This document shows positions 25,853 to 36,950 of a DNA stretch of 64,000 bases, one piece after another. Made by a program: the position numbers and the translations under genes. The stretch spans positions 930,001 through 994,000 of the forward strand of contig NW_025766990.1 of assembly GCF_003918875.1 (NCBI RefSeq), written 5' to 3'. The notes beneath the pieces are model-generated. The model was not told where the DNA came from. It ran no database searches and worked only from the letters and a program-made list of their open reading frames with translations. Position 1 is the stretch's first letter. Every line of letters starts with the position of its first letter. Origin of the DNA: Haliotis rubra. Lineage: Eukaryota.

Positions 25853-27615
25853 ATTTTATCCCAATATTTAAAACCCTTTTAGATTAACAGCAGGGTCTTA
25901 ATTGTATTCACACCATAACATCCAGTTCTTTAATTATAGATTCAATTAATCACCGACATATTGATGTGATGTGTTGTGATGTGATGTGATTCTTGTTGAT
26001 GTAGTTATTGCTTTTATTATTAATGTATTACTTAGTTACATGCACAGATAAACATGCACAGAAAAACTGCTTATGATTTTGTAATATTTGACTGAGTATT
26101 CATTTATTCAGTTATCCAAGTTTTCGACTACTAATATGATTATTTTACACATTATCGTATTTTCTAACTACCCTTTGATCTAAATACCTAAGCGCTTATA
26201 CAGTTACATATTTGGTTAACAATGTAATACTCACTTGCTGCTTATGAAAGCTTGTTTAATGTGACTTTTATCCCAATATATAAAACGTTTAAGATTAACA
26301 GCAGGGTCTTAATTTTATTCACACCTTAACATCCTGGGCCCTTATTCTCGAAACGTTCGTAGCCCTAAGAACTCTGATCGTAGCCAATGTGTTAAGAATG
26401 TGATTAAGAAGTTCTTAGGACTACGAACGTTTCGAGAATAGTTAGCCTGTTCTTTATTCATAGATTCAATTAATCACCGACATATTGATGTGATGTGATG
26501 TGATGTGATCTGGTTGGCTGGTTGTTGACTGATTGATATGTTTAGATGTATTTGGTGTGTTTTTTATCGATTAATTATATTTTTTTGTATTAATTTCTTT
26601 TCTTGTTGATGTAGTTATTGCTTCTATTATTCATTTATTTATTAGTTACATGCACAGATAAACATACACAGATTCAGTTATTCAGTTATCCAAGTTTTCG
26701 ACTTATCTATCGATTTACCCACCGAATTGTCTATATCTTTATACACCCATCCACTAAGTCAGTCCACATACAGACTCCCTTTACTTAACTACCCAACTGT
26801 ACTAATATGATTATTTTACATAATATCGTATTTCTCTAACTACCCTATGATCTAAATACCTAAGCGCTTATAAAGTTACATATTTGGTTAACAATGTAAT
26901 ACCTTGCTGCTTATGAAAGCTTGTTTAATGTGACTTTTATCCCAATATATAAAACGTTTTAGATTAACAGCAGGGTCTTAATTTTATTCACACCATAACA
27001 TCCAGGGCCCTTATTCTCGAAACGTTCGTAGCCCTAAGAACTCTTAACTCTGATCGTAGCCAATGTGTTAAGAATGTGATTAAGAAGTTCTTAGGACTAC
27101 GAACGTTTCGAGAATAGCTAGCCTGTTCTTTATTCATAGATTCAATTAATCACCGATATATTGATGTGATGTGATGTGATGTGATGTGATGTGACCTGGT
27201 TGGTTGGTTGTTGACTGATTGATATGTGTAGATGTATTTGGTGGTGATTTTATCGATTAATTATTTTTGTATTAATTTCTTTTCTTGTTGATGTGTTATT
27301 GCTTTATTATTCATTTATTAATTAGTTACATGCCCAGATAAACATACACAGATTCAGTTATTCAGTTATCCAAGTTTTCGACTTATCTATCGATTTACCC
27401 ACCGAATTGTCTATATCTTTATACACCCATCCACTAAGTCAGTCCACATACAGACTCCCTTTACTTAACTACCCAACTGTACTAAGATGATCATTTTACA
27501 TAATATCGTAATTCTCTAACTATCCTATGATCTAAATACCTAAGCGCTTATAAAATTACATATTTGGTTAACAATGTAATCACTTGCTGCTTATGAAAGC
27601 TTGTTAAATGTGACC
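25853..27615. repeat. Tandem triplication (units ~25853-26265, ~26266-26935, ~26936-27615) with internal (GATGT)n
   Basis: TTTTATCCCAATAT...AGATTAACAGCAGGGTCTTAATT and TTGCTGCTTATGAAAGCTTGTT each occur three times. Confidence 0.9.
26337..26446. mobile_element. Palindromic MITE (second copy 27006..27122)
   Basis: TIR TATTCTCGAAACGTTCGTAG.CCTAAGAACT; CTG on both flanks; unit 1 of the triplication has the empty site CATCCAGTTCTTT at ~25919. Confidence 0.9.
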
Positions 27616-27659
27616 TGCCTATTGAAATGTGAATAAAAAGTGCTTAAAAGAACAATTTG

Positions 27660-28425
27660 TTGTGCTGTGTTTTATCATATTACTTAGGAGACAGTATGGA
27701 ATTGTCAAATGGTATATGGATAGGTTACTGATAATCAAACAAAATATACCTTCAACAAAATTCTGACAAAGTGGCAAATACTAGAGATAAATTCCTGAAA
27801 CATAAACTGGTTTCAGTAAAGGCTATTCTACTGCTAACCATAATTGTAGTTTTTATGCCACTGTTTAGATGTATATGGTAAGAAGGAAACGTACATTATA
27901 TGGAACATTTATTGTCTTTAAGAAAGCCATTGACTCTGTAAATCGACAGAAACTATGGGCGTGTTTATGATAGGCAGGATTGGATTATTGTCTGTGTTAT
28001 AAGGTATCTGTGTGTGCGTAAAAGATTGTGTACGTTGTTTGGGAGAATTTACTGACTATTTTGTTTGCCCATTGGTGTTATACAAGAAGGTGTGTTGAGT
28101 CCTATTCTTTTTTCCTCCTTTGTCAGTGAGTTAGAAATGGAATAAGCTATAAAGGCACACATGTTGTATAGGTATATTCTCATATTTTGGAGATTTTAAT
28201 GTTACTGTTTGCTGACGATGTGGTGGGTTTACTGAATCAATTTTAGAGAATTAATCGAATGAATGGCAATTAAATGTCATACTTGATAAGTCAAATATTG
28301 TTGTATTTAGAAGGGGTAGACGACTCGCTAGTTACGTTCAGTGGTTCTGCAAGGACATTTCAGTGAAATTAGTTACTGAATATATGTATCTTGGTGTAGA
28401 TATTAGTCATAAATTGCATCTAGGT
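27660..28425 (+). mobile_element. Highly degraded LINE reverse-transcriptase fragment
   Basis: Remnants FKKAIDSVNRQKLW, GVLSPILFSSFV, LLFADDVV, KSNIVVFRRG, EYMYLGV. Confidence 0.75.
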
Positions 28426-28449
28426 AAAAAGGTTGTTGCAAACATAAAA

Positions 28450-28632
28450 TATATTTGGGATTACACTTTCTCAGTAGAAGTCGCGGTGACTGAATGGGTT
28501 AGATGGCTGACATCTGTGTGCTGGCGATTAAGTGCCTCACTCTAAGGTTGTGGGCTCGAACCCCGGATGAGACTCAACCCAACAGAAGTACTAGAATCTT
28601 TCTTTACTGAGAAAAACGTAATCCCAAATATA
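28450..28632 (+). mobile_element. Inverted-repeat element enclosing a tRNA-like cassette (duplicated at ~32683..32850)
   Basis: TATATTTGGGATTACACTTTCTCAGTA and TACTGAGAAAAACGTAATCCCAAATATA flank GTCGCGGTGACTGAATGGGTT...GGGCTCGAACCCC. Confidence 0.65.
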
Positions 28633-30131
28633 ACACGTTACATTTGACCACTTTCTAAACGGCATTGTGTATTCATTTGACGGGAGTGCTTTTCTTTCAC
28701 CTTGATCGCCATGTATCAGACACGATAATGTTATTTACTTTTTCAGATTTCGGATACAGAAGTCAAGGTCAAATATGTGTTAGTCTCTCATAATTGTGTT
28801 TGCTTGGTCCGCAAATAGAATATTCACAAACGACAGCAGTTCGGTTATTATCACAACTGTCTACGATGAAATAGGTACATGCAATTACATAAGTAATTTA
28901 GTAAGGAAGGTGTTGCAATTTAGTAATTTTGTAAACCAAAACTATCAGAATCGTGAATACACCTGTATTAATGTTACTGTAAATGTGCTTAATTTTTCAC
29001 CAATGTATGTATTCAACTGTTGAAAAGCTGAAAAGCTGTGTTTTCAAACAAATGACGTGCAGTCAATCGATCGTTCGTAATGAAAACAATAAATCTTTAA
29101 AAAAAATGAATGAAAAGAAAGATAAAACGATGTTTTTCACAATAAATTTGCATGAATTGCATTACTCAAAATACAGGGGAAGTACAAATCATATTTGCTG
29201 CATTACATACACAGGCTTGAACAGCACTCGATTATCAGGGTTAACCTGAGCAAACTGTTTACAAATGTTATCTTGTTACTTTATTTGGAAATGGGGCGTA
29301 GTTTGCGTTCGTTTACATTCTTGTTATAATTTCATTATATTGACGTCCATTAATTCTTCACAAATAGCACATGTCATTGCATTCCAATTGCGTAGGTCGA
29401 TGCTCATGCTATTGATTATCTGATGCAGACTCGATTATTTACAGACTGCCGTCACACACAGCTGGAATATTGCTGAGTGCGGCGTTAAACAGAAAGCAAA
29501 GCAAACAAACAAACCAACTTTACAAATACTTCCTCAAATTGTTAGCATAAACTGACGCATTACCACCATACATGTAGAAAATACTGGACAACCTTTCCAT
29601 GTTCCTGTTACCAGACTTTGCGCAATATCAGTAACAGGAACGAGGAAAAGTTTTTGACATGTTGTACAAATGACAAAACTGATATTTTTGCCACATCTAA
29701 ATTTCTATGGCACACCGTTTGCCCGACATGACTGTTCAGAATGACCTGACATGGGTGTCCGGGTGAGCCTATAAGAGTACAAATTGGTAGATGATGTCAA
29801 ATATCTATCAGCAACATATTTACTGGACAGGATTTATTCGCCTTTATGCGGAAATATGATTTACAATGCGGGGCTCTTTGCTAATATTACGTATTGCTTC
29901 ATATAACGAAACACAACAAGAATCAGCGGGATATGGTGTTGATATGTATAATCCGTATACATAGAGCATATGACACTGAGTATATGTTTAAATTGAAAAT
30001 GTATAAAATTTGAATTAATAAACTTAAAAATATATTTTAAAATATATTCTGTGTACAGGTGCTTCACAAAATATGCGACCTACATCCTCACCGTGTCATT
30101 GTGTTTCTCTGATCATAACCCTTCTTAAACG

Positions 30132-30230
30132 TTATTTAGCGTTCTTTAAATACGAAATATTCGCAACTAACGTTTCAGCAATTTTCCTCTAGCCTTGTGG
30201 TACTCCTGCTTCAATTTCCGCCTTAGAATT
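30132..30230 (-). pseudogene. 3' remnant of the duplicated ATP-grasp ligase gene
   Basis: NSKAEIEAGVPQG*RKIAETLVANISYLKNAK* versus intact NSKAEIEAGVPQGWRKVAEMLVENISYLKKSK*; fused directly to half a SINE. Confidence 0.9.
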
Positions 30231-30624
30231 CAGCGTGACGAACGGACGCTTTAACCATGAGGCTACCCTACCTACAGCGAGTACAGCGCGATATAAACTA
30301 TCTTTGTTCCTTGAACTAAACTTTATTTTCTCTCAAGGCTTAATACATAGCATAATAAGGGTTTACAGAGGTCAATACATCAAGTAAGTAATGGCGACAT
30401 AAAGACTATTTAAAGTTGCATAATATAGAGCGACAAAGGTTGACAATTTAATCAAATCCGAGACATTTTCAGTTTGAAATAAACTTATCATTTTAAATAC
30501 AGATGATCTGACGATTACTCGATAGTTTAATTCTCGCTGGAACCAGATCTTGGCTCGATACATCGGTCATAAAATGTTATGTTCCTCGCTTGACACCGTA
30601 CTGTAATTTGCTATTAGGGCCAAA

Positions 30625-30815
30625 GTGTTTCTGCACGTAGCAGCACTCAAAGTTTTGAACAGGCAAGTAGCAGCTCTCAAAGTGTTGAATAGGCAAGTAG
30701 CAGCTCTCACAGTGTTGAATAGGCAAGTAGCAGCTCTCACAGTGTTGAATAGGCAAGTAGCAGCTCTCAAAGTGTTGAATATGCAAGTAGCAGCTCTCAC
30801 AGTGTGTAGGCACGT
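30625..30815. repeat. 30-bp minisatellite, ~6 units (about 3 units at 36584..36680)
   Basis: Unit GCAAGTAGCAGCTCTCA(A/C)AGTGTTGAATAG. Confidence 0.95.
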
Positions 30816-31984
30816 AGTAGAGACTCCAGGAGTAATAAACGGGGCTCATTTCTTTATTTCCATAAAGGAAGACAAACAGCACAGAATACCAGCCCATTAT
30901 ATCTCAGTGGGCGACCTGTCAGAGGCGACTATCGGGTGGTCAGGCTCGCTTACTTGGTTTACACATTTCATCGTAATCCAGTTGCGTAGATCGATGCTCA
31001 TGCTGTTGATGACGGGATTGCCTGGCCCAGACACGATTATTTACAGACCGTCGCTATATAGCTGGTATATTGCTGAGTGCGATGAGTGCCAAATAGCGAA
31101 CCAGTTGACGACTTACCAAAATTACCAAGGCACGCCAGTAGTTACAGTAAATGTTTCACAGTTATCATTAAATGTTTGACATAATTGCCAACATTTCCCT
31201 TAGTATTTGTGTATCTGGGTGTACATCATGCAAGGCTTCGTACGCAGGTACACGTGAGAATACCACAAAAGGTGAACAGATATTAATTAAAATATTTGAT
31301 TGATTTGCAAAAAGATCGTTGAATAGATGAAAGATCGCAAAGGTAAGTTTCAGTGCTGGTAAGAAACTCTTTTGTTTGAAATAAATCGAATAAATCGGAT
31401 CCCATTTTGGTTTCTTGACAAATGTTCAAACGCTAAATACCTGTATCACTTCGGGCATTCAGAAGTATGCTGCCATGTTATGATTTCATTGAAATATTAG
31501 TCAGTGAGGAGTGTAAGTTGAACACAGAATATACCATATGGCGAACTGCTGTGTAGTTTCACGTTTATTCATGGATTTTGATAGTAGTATAATGTTTGTT
31601 TGATAATTTGAATGTTTATTAATCTGCTTAAACATGGAAATATTAGCCTTCATGCCTGAACACGATATTAAAGTAATTTCTATAATTCATGAACTATCCT
31701 CAATGTTTGCATATGAATTTAAATATACACACTAGAGCTTGGAGTCAACAGCTCTTGCACATACAACATGAAGTGTCAATATAGTTCGATGTTCATGCTG
31801 TTTATCACTGGATTGTCTGGTTCAGACTCGATTATTTACAGACCACCTCCATATAAGAAAAACAAGATTTATGGATGTCAACGTCTTTATTGTGAATAAC
31901 ACGACGTTTCGGGAGTGTATATTTCCTCTTTCATTCAGTAAAAGGCTATTCTACTACTAACCATTATTGTAGTTTTATGCCAAT

Positions 31985-32657
31985 TTTTCTATTTGATGAT
32001 TGGGGCTTGCTTTGATGTGGTCGGAAATGGCTGATTTGCTATCGGAATTGGTAACAGAGGTGTGATGTTCTTTCACTCGGGTGTTGATGGGTCGGGACGT
32101 TTCGCCTATGTAGCTCTGCCCACAATCACAGTTTATTTTGTAGATGACACATTTTGGGTTGTTGTTCGTTACCCAAAATCATCAAATAGAGTGGTCTGAC
32201 ATCACCAGTCTCTAACAAACAAACAGACTTCACTAAACGCAAGCTCGCCGAAGCCATCAACATCAAACGCCAAAAGCCCACCATCAACCGAGACCAAGGA
32301 TACTTAATTCCATCCGCTTATGATGCACTCACCCACCAAGCCCAATCTACTGTATAAACCTTGCTGTATAAACATCTCATTATTATTTGTACATCACTGG
32401 CTTCCTCGCCTGTCCTTTGTCTACTCTCTGGCTTCATCAGCTTTCTGCCTAGCCAATTATGTTAATTATGTTGGTTTCTTTTTACATTGTTACATCCAGC
32501 ATATATATACTTCACCCTTCTTCATGTTCCATTATGCTTGACAACGGTACAAGAATCTGTATCGAAACGTCGCACTCACGAATAAAAAGAAGTTGTTATC
32601 CATAAAGTTTGTTCTATATTGTACTTCCCAACTTCTAAAGGGCACTCAAAGAAGTTA
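31985..32657. mobile_element. Penelope-like element 3' fragment (GIY-YIG endonuclease + pLTR) with 5' inversion
   Basis: Minus 31985-32165: CVIYKINCDCGQSYIGETSRPINTRVKEH...SAISDH; plus 32176-32330: NHQIEW...RKLAEAINIKRQKPTINRDQG; then pLTR with hammerhead and AATAAA. Confidence 0.9.
32535..32574 (+). ncRNA. Minimal hammerhead ribozyme motif (U3-A8 variant) in the Penelope-like pLTR
   Basis: TGC-TTGACAA-C-GGTACA-AGAATC-TGTATC-GAAAC-GTC-GCA; stem II differs from the 22488 copy by a compensatory T-A/C-G change. Confidence 0.7.
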
Positions 32658-34128
32658 AAAAGAAGGTAGTTGCAATCATAAAATATATTTGGGATTACAC
32701 TTCCTCAGTGGAAGTCGCGGTGACTGAATGGGTTAGATGGCTTGCGTCGTGTGCTGGCGATTAGGTGCTTGACTCTAAGGGTGTGGGTTTGAGCCCCGGA
32801 TGAGATTCAACCCAACAAAAGTACTAGAATCTTTTCTCTACAGAGAAACAGGTACATGTAATTCCACGAGCAATTTAGTAAGGAACGTGTTGTAATTAAG
32901 TTATTTTTAAATAAAAATATAAGAATCGTGAATACACCTGCATTAATGTTACTGTAAATGTTGCTAAATTTTCACCAATGTATGTTTTCAACTGTTGAAA
33001 AGCTGACAAGTTGTGTCTGCAAACAAATGACGTGCAGTCAGTCGATCGTTCGTAAAATAAAACAATAAATCGTAATTATAAAATGAATGAGAATAAAGAA
33101 AACGGTCTTTTTCACAATATATTTCCATTTATTGCATTACGCAAAATACAGGGTAAGTACAAATCATATTTGCTGCTTTACGTAATAATACAGACTTGAA
33201 TAGCACTCGATTATCAGGGTTATCCTGAGCAATCTGTAAGTCACCAGTCAAATAACAGTTGTAACAAATGTTATATTGTTACTTTATGGGAATATGGGGC
33301 GTAGTTTGCGTTAGTTTCTTTGTCATAATTTCATTATATATTGACGTCCATGAATTCTTTACAAATAGCACATGCCATCGCACCCCAATTGCGTAGATCG
33401 ATGCTCATGCTGTTGATCACCGGATTGTCTGGTTCAGACTCGAATATTTACAGACCGCCGTCATATATCTGGAATATTGCAAACCAACAAAGAAATTTAA
33501 ATCAACTTTACAAAAGTACTTCCTCAAAGTATTAGCATATAGAGACGCGTAACTGCCATAAATGTGGCAAATACTGGACCACCTTTCCCTTGTTCCTGAT
33601 ACGTGACTTTGCACAATATCAGTACCAGGAACGAGGAAAAGTGTTTGACATGTTGTACAAAACGACAACACTGATATTTGTGGCACATCTGAATTTCTAT
33701 GGCACACCGTTTGCCCGACATGACTGTTCAGAATGACCTGACAAGGGTGTTCGGGCGAGCCTACAGTGAAATAAAGGGTAGACGATGTCAAATATCTATC
33801 AACAACATGTTTTTGCTGGACACAATTCATTCGCCTTTATGCAGGAATATGATTTACAATGAATGATTCTTTAGTAATAGTACTTATTGATTCATATGAT
33901 GAAACACAAAAGGAATTAGCGGGATATTGAGTTAGCTGTTCGGTAATACCCGACACGGCGCTATATATTCCGTATACATAAAGCATATGGTAACACTAAA
34001 TAGGTTTAGATGTAAAATGAATAAAATTTAAAAATAAAATTTAAAATATATTCTGTGTACAGGTCCTTTACACAATTTGCGACCTATGTCAGCCCTAATG
34101 TGTCATTGCGTTCATCTTAGCTTAAACG

Positions 34129-35043
34129 TTATTTAGATTTCTTCAAATACGAAATGTTCTCGACCAACATTTCAGCAACTTTCCTCCAGCCTTGTGGTAC
34201 TCCTGCTTCAATTTCCGCCTTAGAATTGTAGACAGTGTTACAGTTGATATCTATGACGTATGGAACACCGTCTGGGCCATAAATAAACTCCACCGCGCCA
34301 TTATCCAACCCGGGAGTTTGAAACAATTTGGTACACTTATCAATTACAGGATCCTCAAGGTCTTTCAGAATCTGGAACCTGTCTTTGGGTAAATCATCAG
34401 GACAGTAGTTGGAAGAAAAGCCATCGCACATTGTTGCTTTGCTGACGTAAAGAAACTGTTGCGCAACGAACTCTGCTCTGTAAACACCGGAAGTCGGGGG
34501 GAGATAACTCTGAATCAAATACAGTCCAGTATACGAACCAGGCAGCTCCTTTTCCGATTCAAATTCTGCGACATTATGGTACAGCTGTATATTAATACCA
34601 TGTCCACCTCTATCTGGTTTGATAACAAAGGGTGCATCCGTTCCGAAATGTTTCTGAATTAGTGCCTTTGTCGGTCTGGAAGTGAAGACAGTCTGAGGGA
34701 TATTTAAGCCACAGTCTTTGGCCATGACGTACTGGAAGGCTTTGCTGTCTTCGATGTCTATAGCAGGGAGACCATTCACTACTGTTACGTTGTGATGACG
34801 TAACCACTTGATGATGACGCGTGCCTGCTCCAGGGATAATGGGTGACCACGTGTATGTGACGTTGGACTACATCTGTTGTAGAAGATGGTGTTCTCTGGT
34901 GGGGATGACGTGAGGTCGATGTCAACTTCGTCAGAAACCCATTCGTCAACTACGACGTCATAATCCTTCAATGCATCTTTGACCAATGGAAACCACTTTG
35001 GGTTGTCATGGAGCACTATTATTTTGTATACTTGGTCGGCCAT
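34129..35043 (-). CDS. ATP-grasp ligase, RimK/alpha-L-glutamate-ligase-like (bacterial-type subfamily), 304 aa, intronless CDS
   Basis: Motifs VLHDNPKW, FYNRCSPTSHTRGH, VVNG...EDSK..QY, FVIKPDRGGHG, LIQSYL, YRAEFV..FLY, YCPDD, EFI..PDG.PYVIDINCNTVYN; ATG 35043 lies 6 nt after the acceptor TTTTGTTCAATGTGCAG. Confidence 0.9.
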   Translation of the reverse strand: MADQVYKIIVLHDNPKWFPLVKDALKDYDVVVDEWVSDEVDIDLTSSPPENTIFYNRCSPTSHTRGHPLSLEQARVIIKWLRHHNVTVVNGLPAIDIEDSKAFQYVMAKDCGLNIPQTVFTSRPTKALIQKHFGTDAPFVIKPDRGGHGINIQLYHNVAEFESEKELPGSYTGLYLIQSYLPPTSGVYRAEFVAQQFLYVSKATMCDGFSSNYCPDDLPKDRFQILKDLEDPVIDKCTKLFQTPGLDNGAVEFIYGPDGVPYVIDINCNTVYNSKAEIEAGVPQGWRKVAEMLVENISYLKKSK

Positions 35044-35282
35044 GTTTACCTGCACATTGAACAAAACATTCTTTAGTTTTTTGTTAATTGAACAGAGTGA
35101 GAAAATGACAATTTGAAAAAATGCATTGTTCATGTATGATGAATAATTAACACAATGGTTATTATAAAAAGAACATTCGTTATTTCATCATTAAGTCATC
35201 AGTCAAATATACACATGAAATAAACATATGTACACCGAATCGCCATTAGATTGTTTACACTTCGTTTCTCCTAACGTTAGTA

Positions 35283-35430
35283 CGCACGGTGCGGTTGAGA
35301 AGCCTGAAGATCTGGGTTATATTCCCCACGTGGGTACAATGCGTGAAGCCCATATTTTGTTCCCCGCTGTGATATTACTGGAATATTGCTAAATGCGGCG
35401 TAAAACTAAACTCACTTACTTAATCACTCA
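35283..35430 (+). mobile_element. SINE family A, diverged
   Basis: TTCCCCACGTGGGTACAATGCGTGAAGCCCAT...GGAATATTGCTAAATGCGGCGTAAAACTAAACTCAC. Confidence 0.85.
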
Positions 35431-36056
35431 CGTACGGCCACGGTGTTGTCACATCATATAACCAATGCATTACGCTTGAGATAAATTAGAAGACTTTTGA
35501 TTGGTTAATAACCATTGTATATGAAACCATACTAACTTCACAGGTAGTATGGATCCATCTTAACGTGTTCCAACGGGCGGTAAGGAAGACCTTGCAGTTT
35601 GCAACCTTTGACATTGATATGTAACGCACTTGGAGAATTCAATTGTTATCATCACGAAAAACTGATTTATCAAAAAAATATAAATACATATCTATAAATT
35701 GGCAATGGCTTGAAGTTAAAGCTTTATCCTAAGCGTTGGTATTATTTGAAATAACAAGTCACTTAAAACGTATTTATAAGCCTACACGAGTTACATCCCT
35801 TAGTATATCTACTGATAATGTTCGACTACGATGACGATTATGGGAAAAGCTGTGCGTTCCATACCGTTGGTGGATAATACTAGTGTGTCGTGTTTCATTT
35901 AAAGATACCTATGTAATGACATTTTCTAGCATTTGGCACAATATCTAATGGGTAATAAATGGTAATTACACGGCCTTCTGCCAGGTAGTTTGGAATGGTA
36001 CGGTCCGAATGAATCTGGTATATAGCCGTGTAACTAATAGTATCACGGTTACAGCG

Positions 36057-36221
36057 TGAGTAAGTGAGTATGGTGTTACGCCACTTTTAGCAATATTCCA
36101 GCAATATCACGGCGGGGACACCAGAAATGGGCTTCACACATTGTACCCATGTGGGGAATCGAACCTGGGTCTTCAGCGTGACGAGCGGACACTTTGACCA
36201 TTAGGCTACCCTACCGCCCCC
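36057..36221 (-). mobile_element. SINE family A, full length
   Basis: Family A consensus; TSD GTTACAGCG on both sides. Confidence 0.9.
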
Positions 36222-36774
36222 GTTACAGCGAGTACAGTGAGATATCAACTCTCTTTATTCTTTGAACTGAACTTTATTTTCTCTCAAGGCTACATACATA
36301 GCATAATGAGGGTCTACAGAGGTCAATACATTAAGTAAGTAATGGCGACATAAAGACTATTTAAAATTGCATAATTTAGAACGACAAAAGGTTGACAATT
36401 TAATCAAATCCGAGACATGTTTACTTTGAAATAAACTGATCATTTTAAATACAGATGGTCTAACGATTACTCGATAGTTTAATTCTTGCTGGAAGCGGGT
36501 CTTGGCTTGATACGTCGGTTATAAAATGCGACCAAGGTGTTCCTCGCTTGACATCGTAACTGTAATTTGCTATTAGGGCCAAAATGTTTAGGCACGTAGC
36601 AGCACTCAAAGTGTTGAATAAGCAAGTAGCAGTTCTCACAGTGTGTAGGCAAGTAGCAGCTCTCACAGTGTGTAGGCACATAGTAGAGACTCCAGGGAGT
36701 AATAAACGGGGCTCATTTCTTTATTTGCATAAAGGAAGACAAACATCGGCGGACACGAGCCCATTATATCTCAT

Positions 36775-36950
36775 TGGACGACCTGTAAGAGGCGACTATC
36801 GGGTGGTCAGGCTCGCTTACTTGGTTGACACATTTCACCGTAATCCAATTGCGTAGATCGATGCTCATGCTGTTGATCACGGGATTGCCTGGCCCAGACA
36901 CGATTATTTAAAGACCGTCGCCATATAGCTGGTATATTGCTGAGTGCGAT
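36775..36950 (+). mobile_element. SINE family B partial copy (further partial copies ~29370-29500, 30905-31080, 31785-31852, 33368-33480, 38960-39060, 60445-60565)
   Basis: Shared TAGATCGATGCTCATGCTGTTGATCAC.GGATTG.CTGG.CCAGAC.CGATTATTTA core. Confidence 0.85.

Larger units (their letters stand above)
27812..31852. repeat. Tandem segmental duplication, unit 1 (paralog of 31934..39017)
   Basis: Long colinear matches 28426/32658, 28876/32864, 29700/33690, 30270/36225, 31200/37020, 31745/38915. Confidence 0.9.

Noticed and set aside
30567-31179. 184-aa VAALKVLNRQ-repeat ORF, or a CRISPR-like array
   Set aside because: Head-to-tail 30-bp minisatellite without unique spacers that runs into a SINE; the paralog has a different unit number; no cas genes and the DNA is eukaryotic
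34129-35043. Bacterial contamination as the source of the ligase
   Set aside because: Continuous with host SINEs, part of a diverged tandem duplication, preceded by a splice acceptor, no operon neighbours; read-level confirmation is still needed
35044-35133. 30-aa N-terminal extension of the ATP-grasp ORF in the ORF track
   Set aside because: AT-rich sequence ending in a pyrimidine tract and CAG; more likely intron, with the true start at 35043
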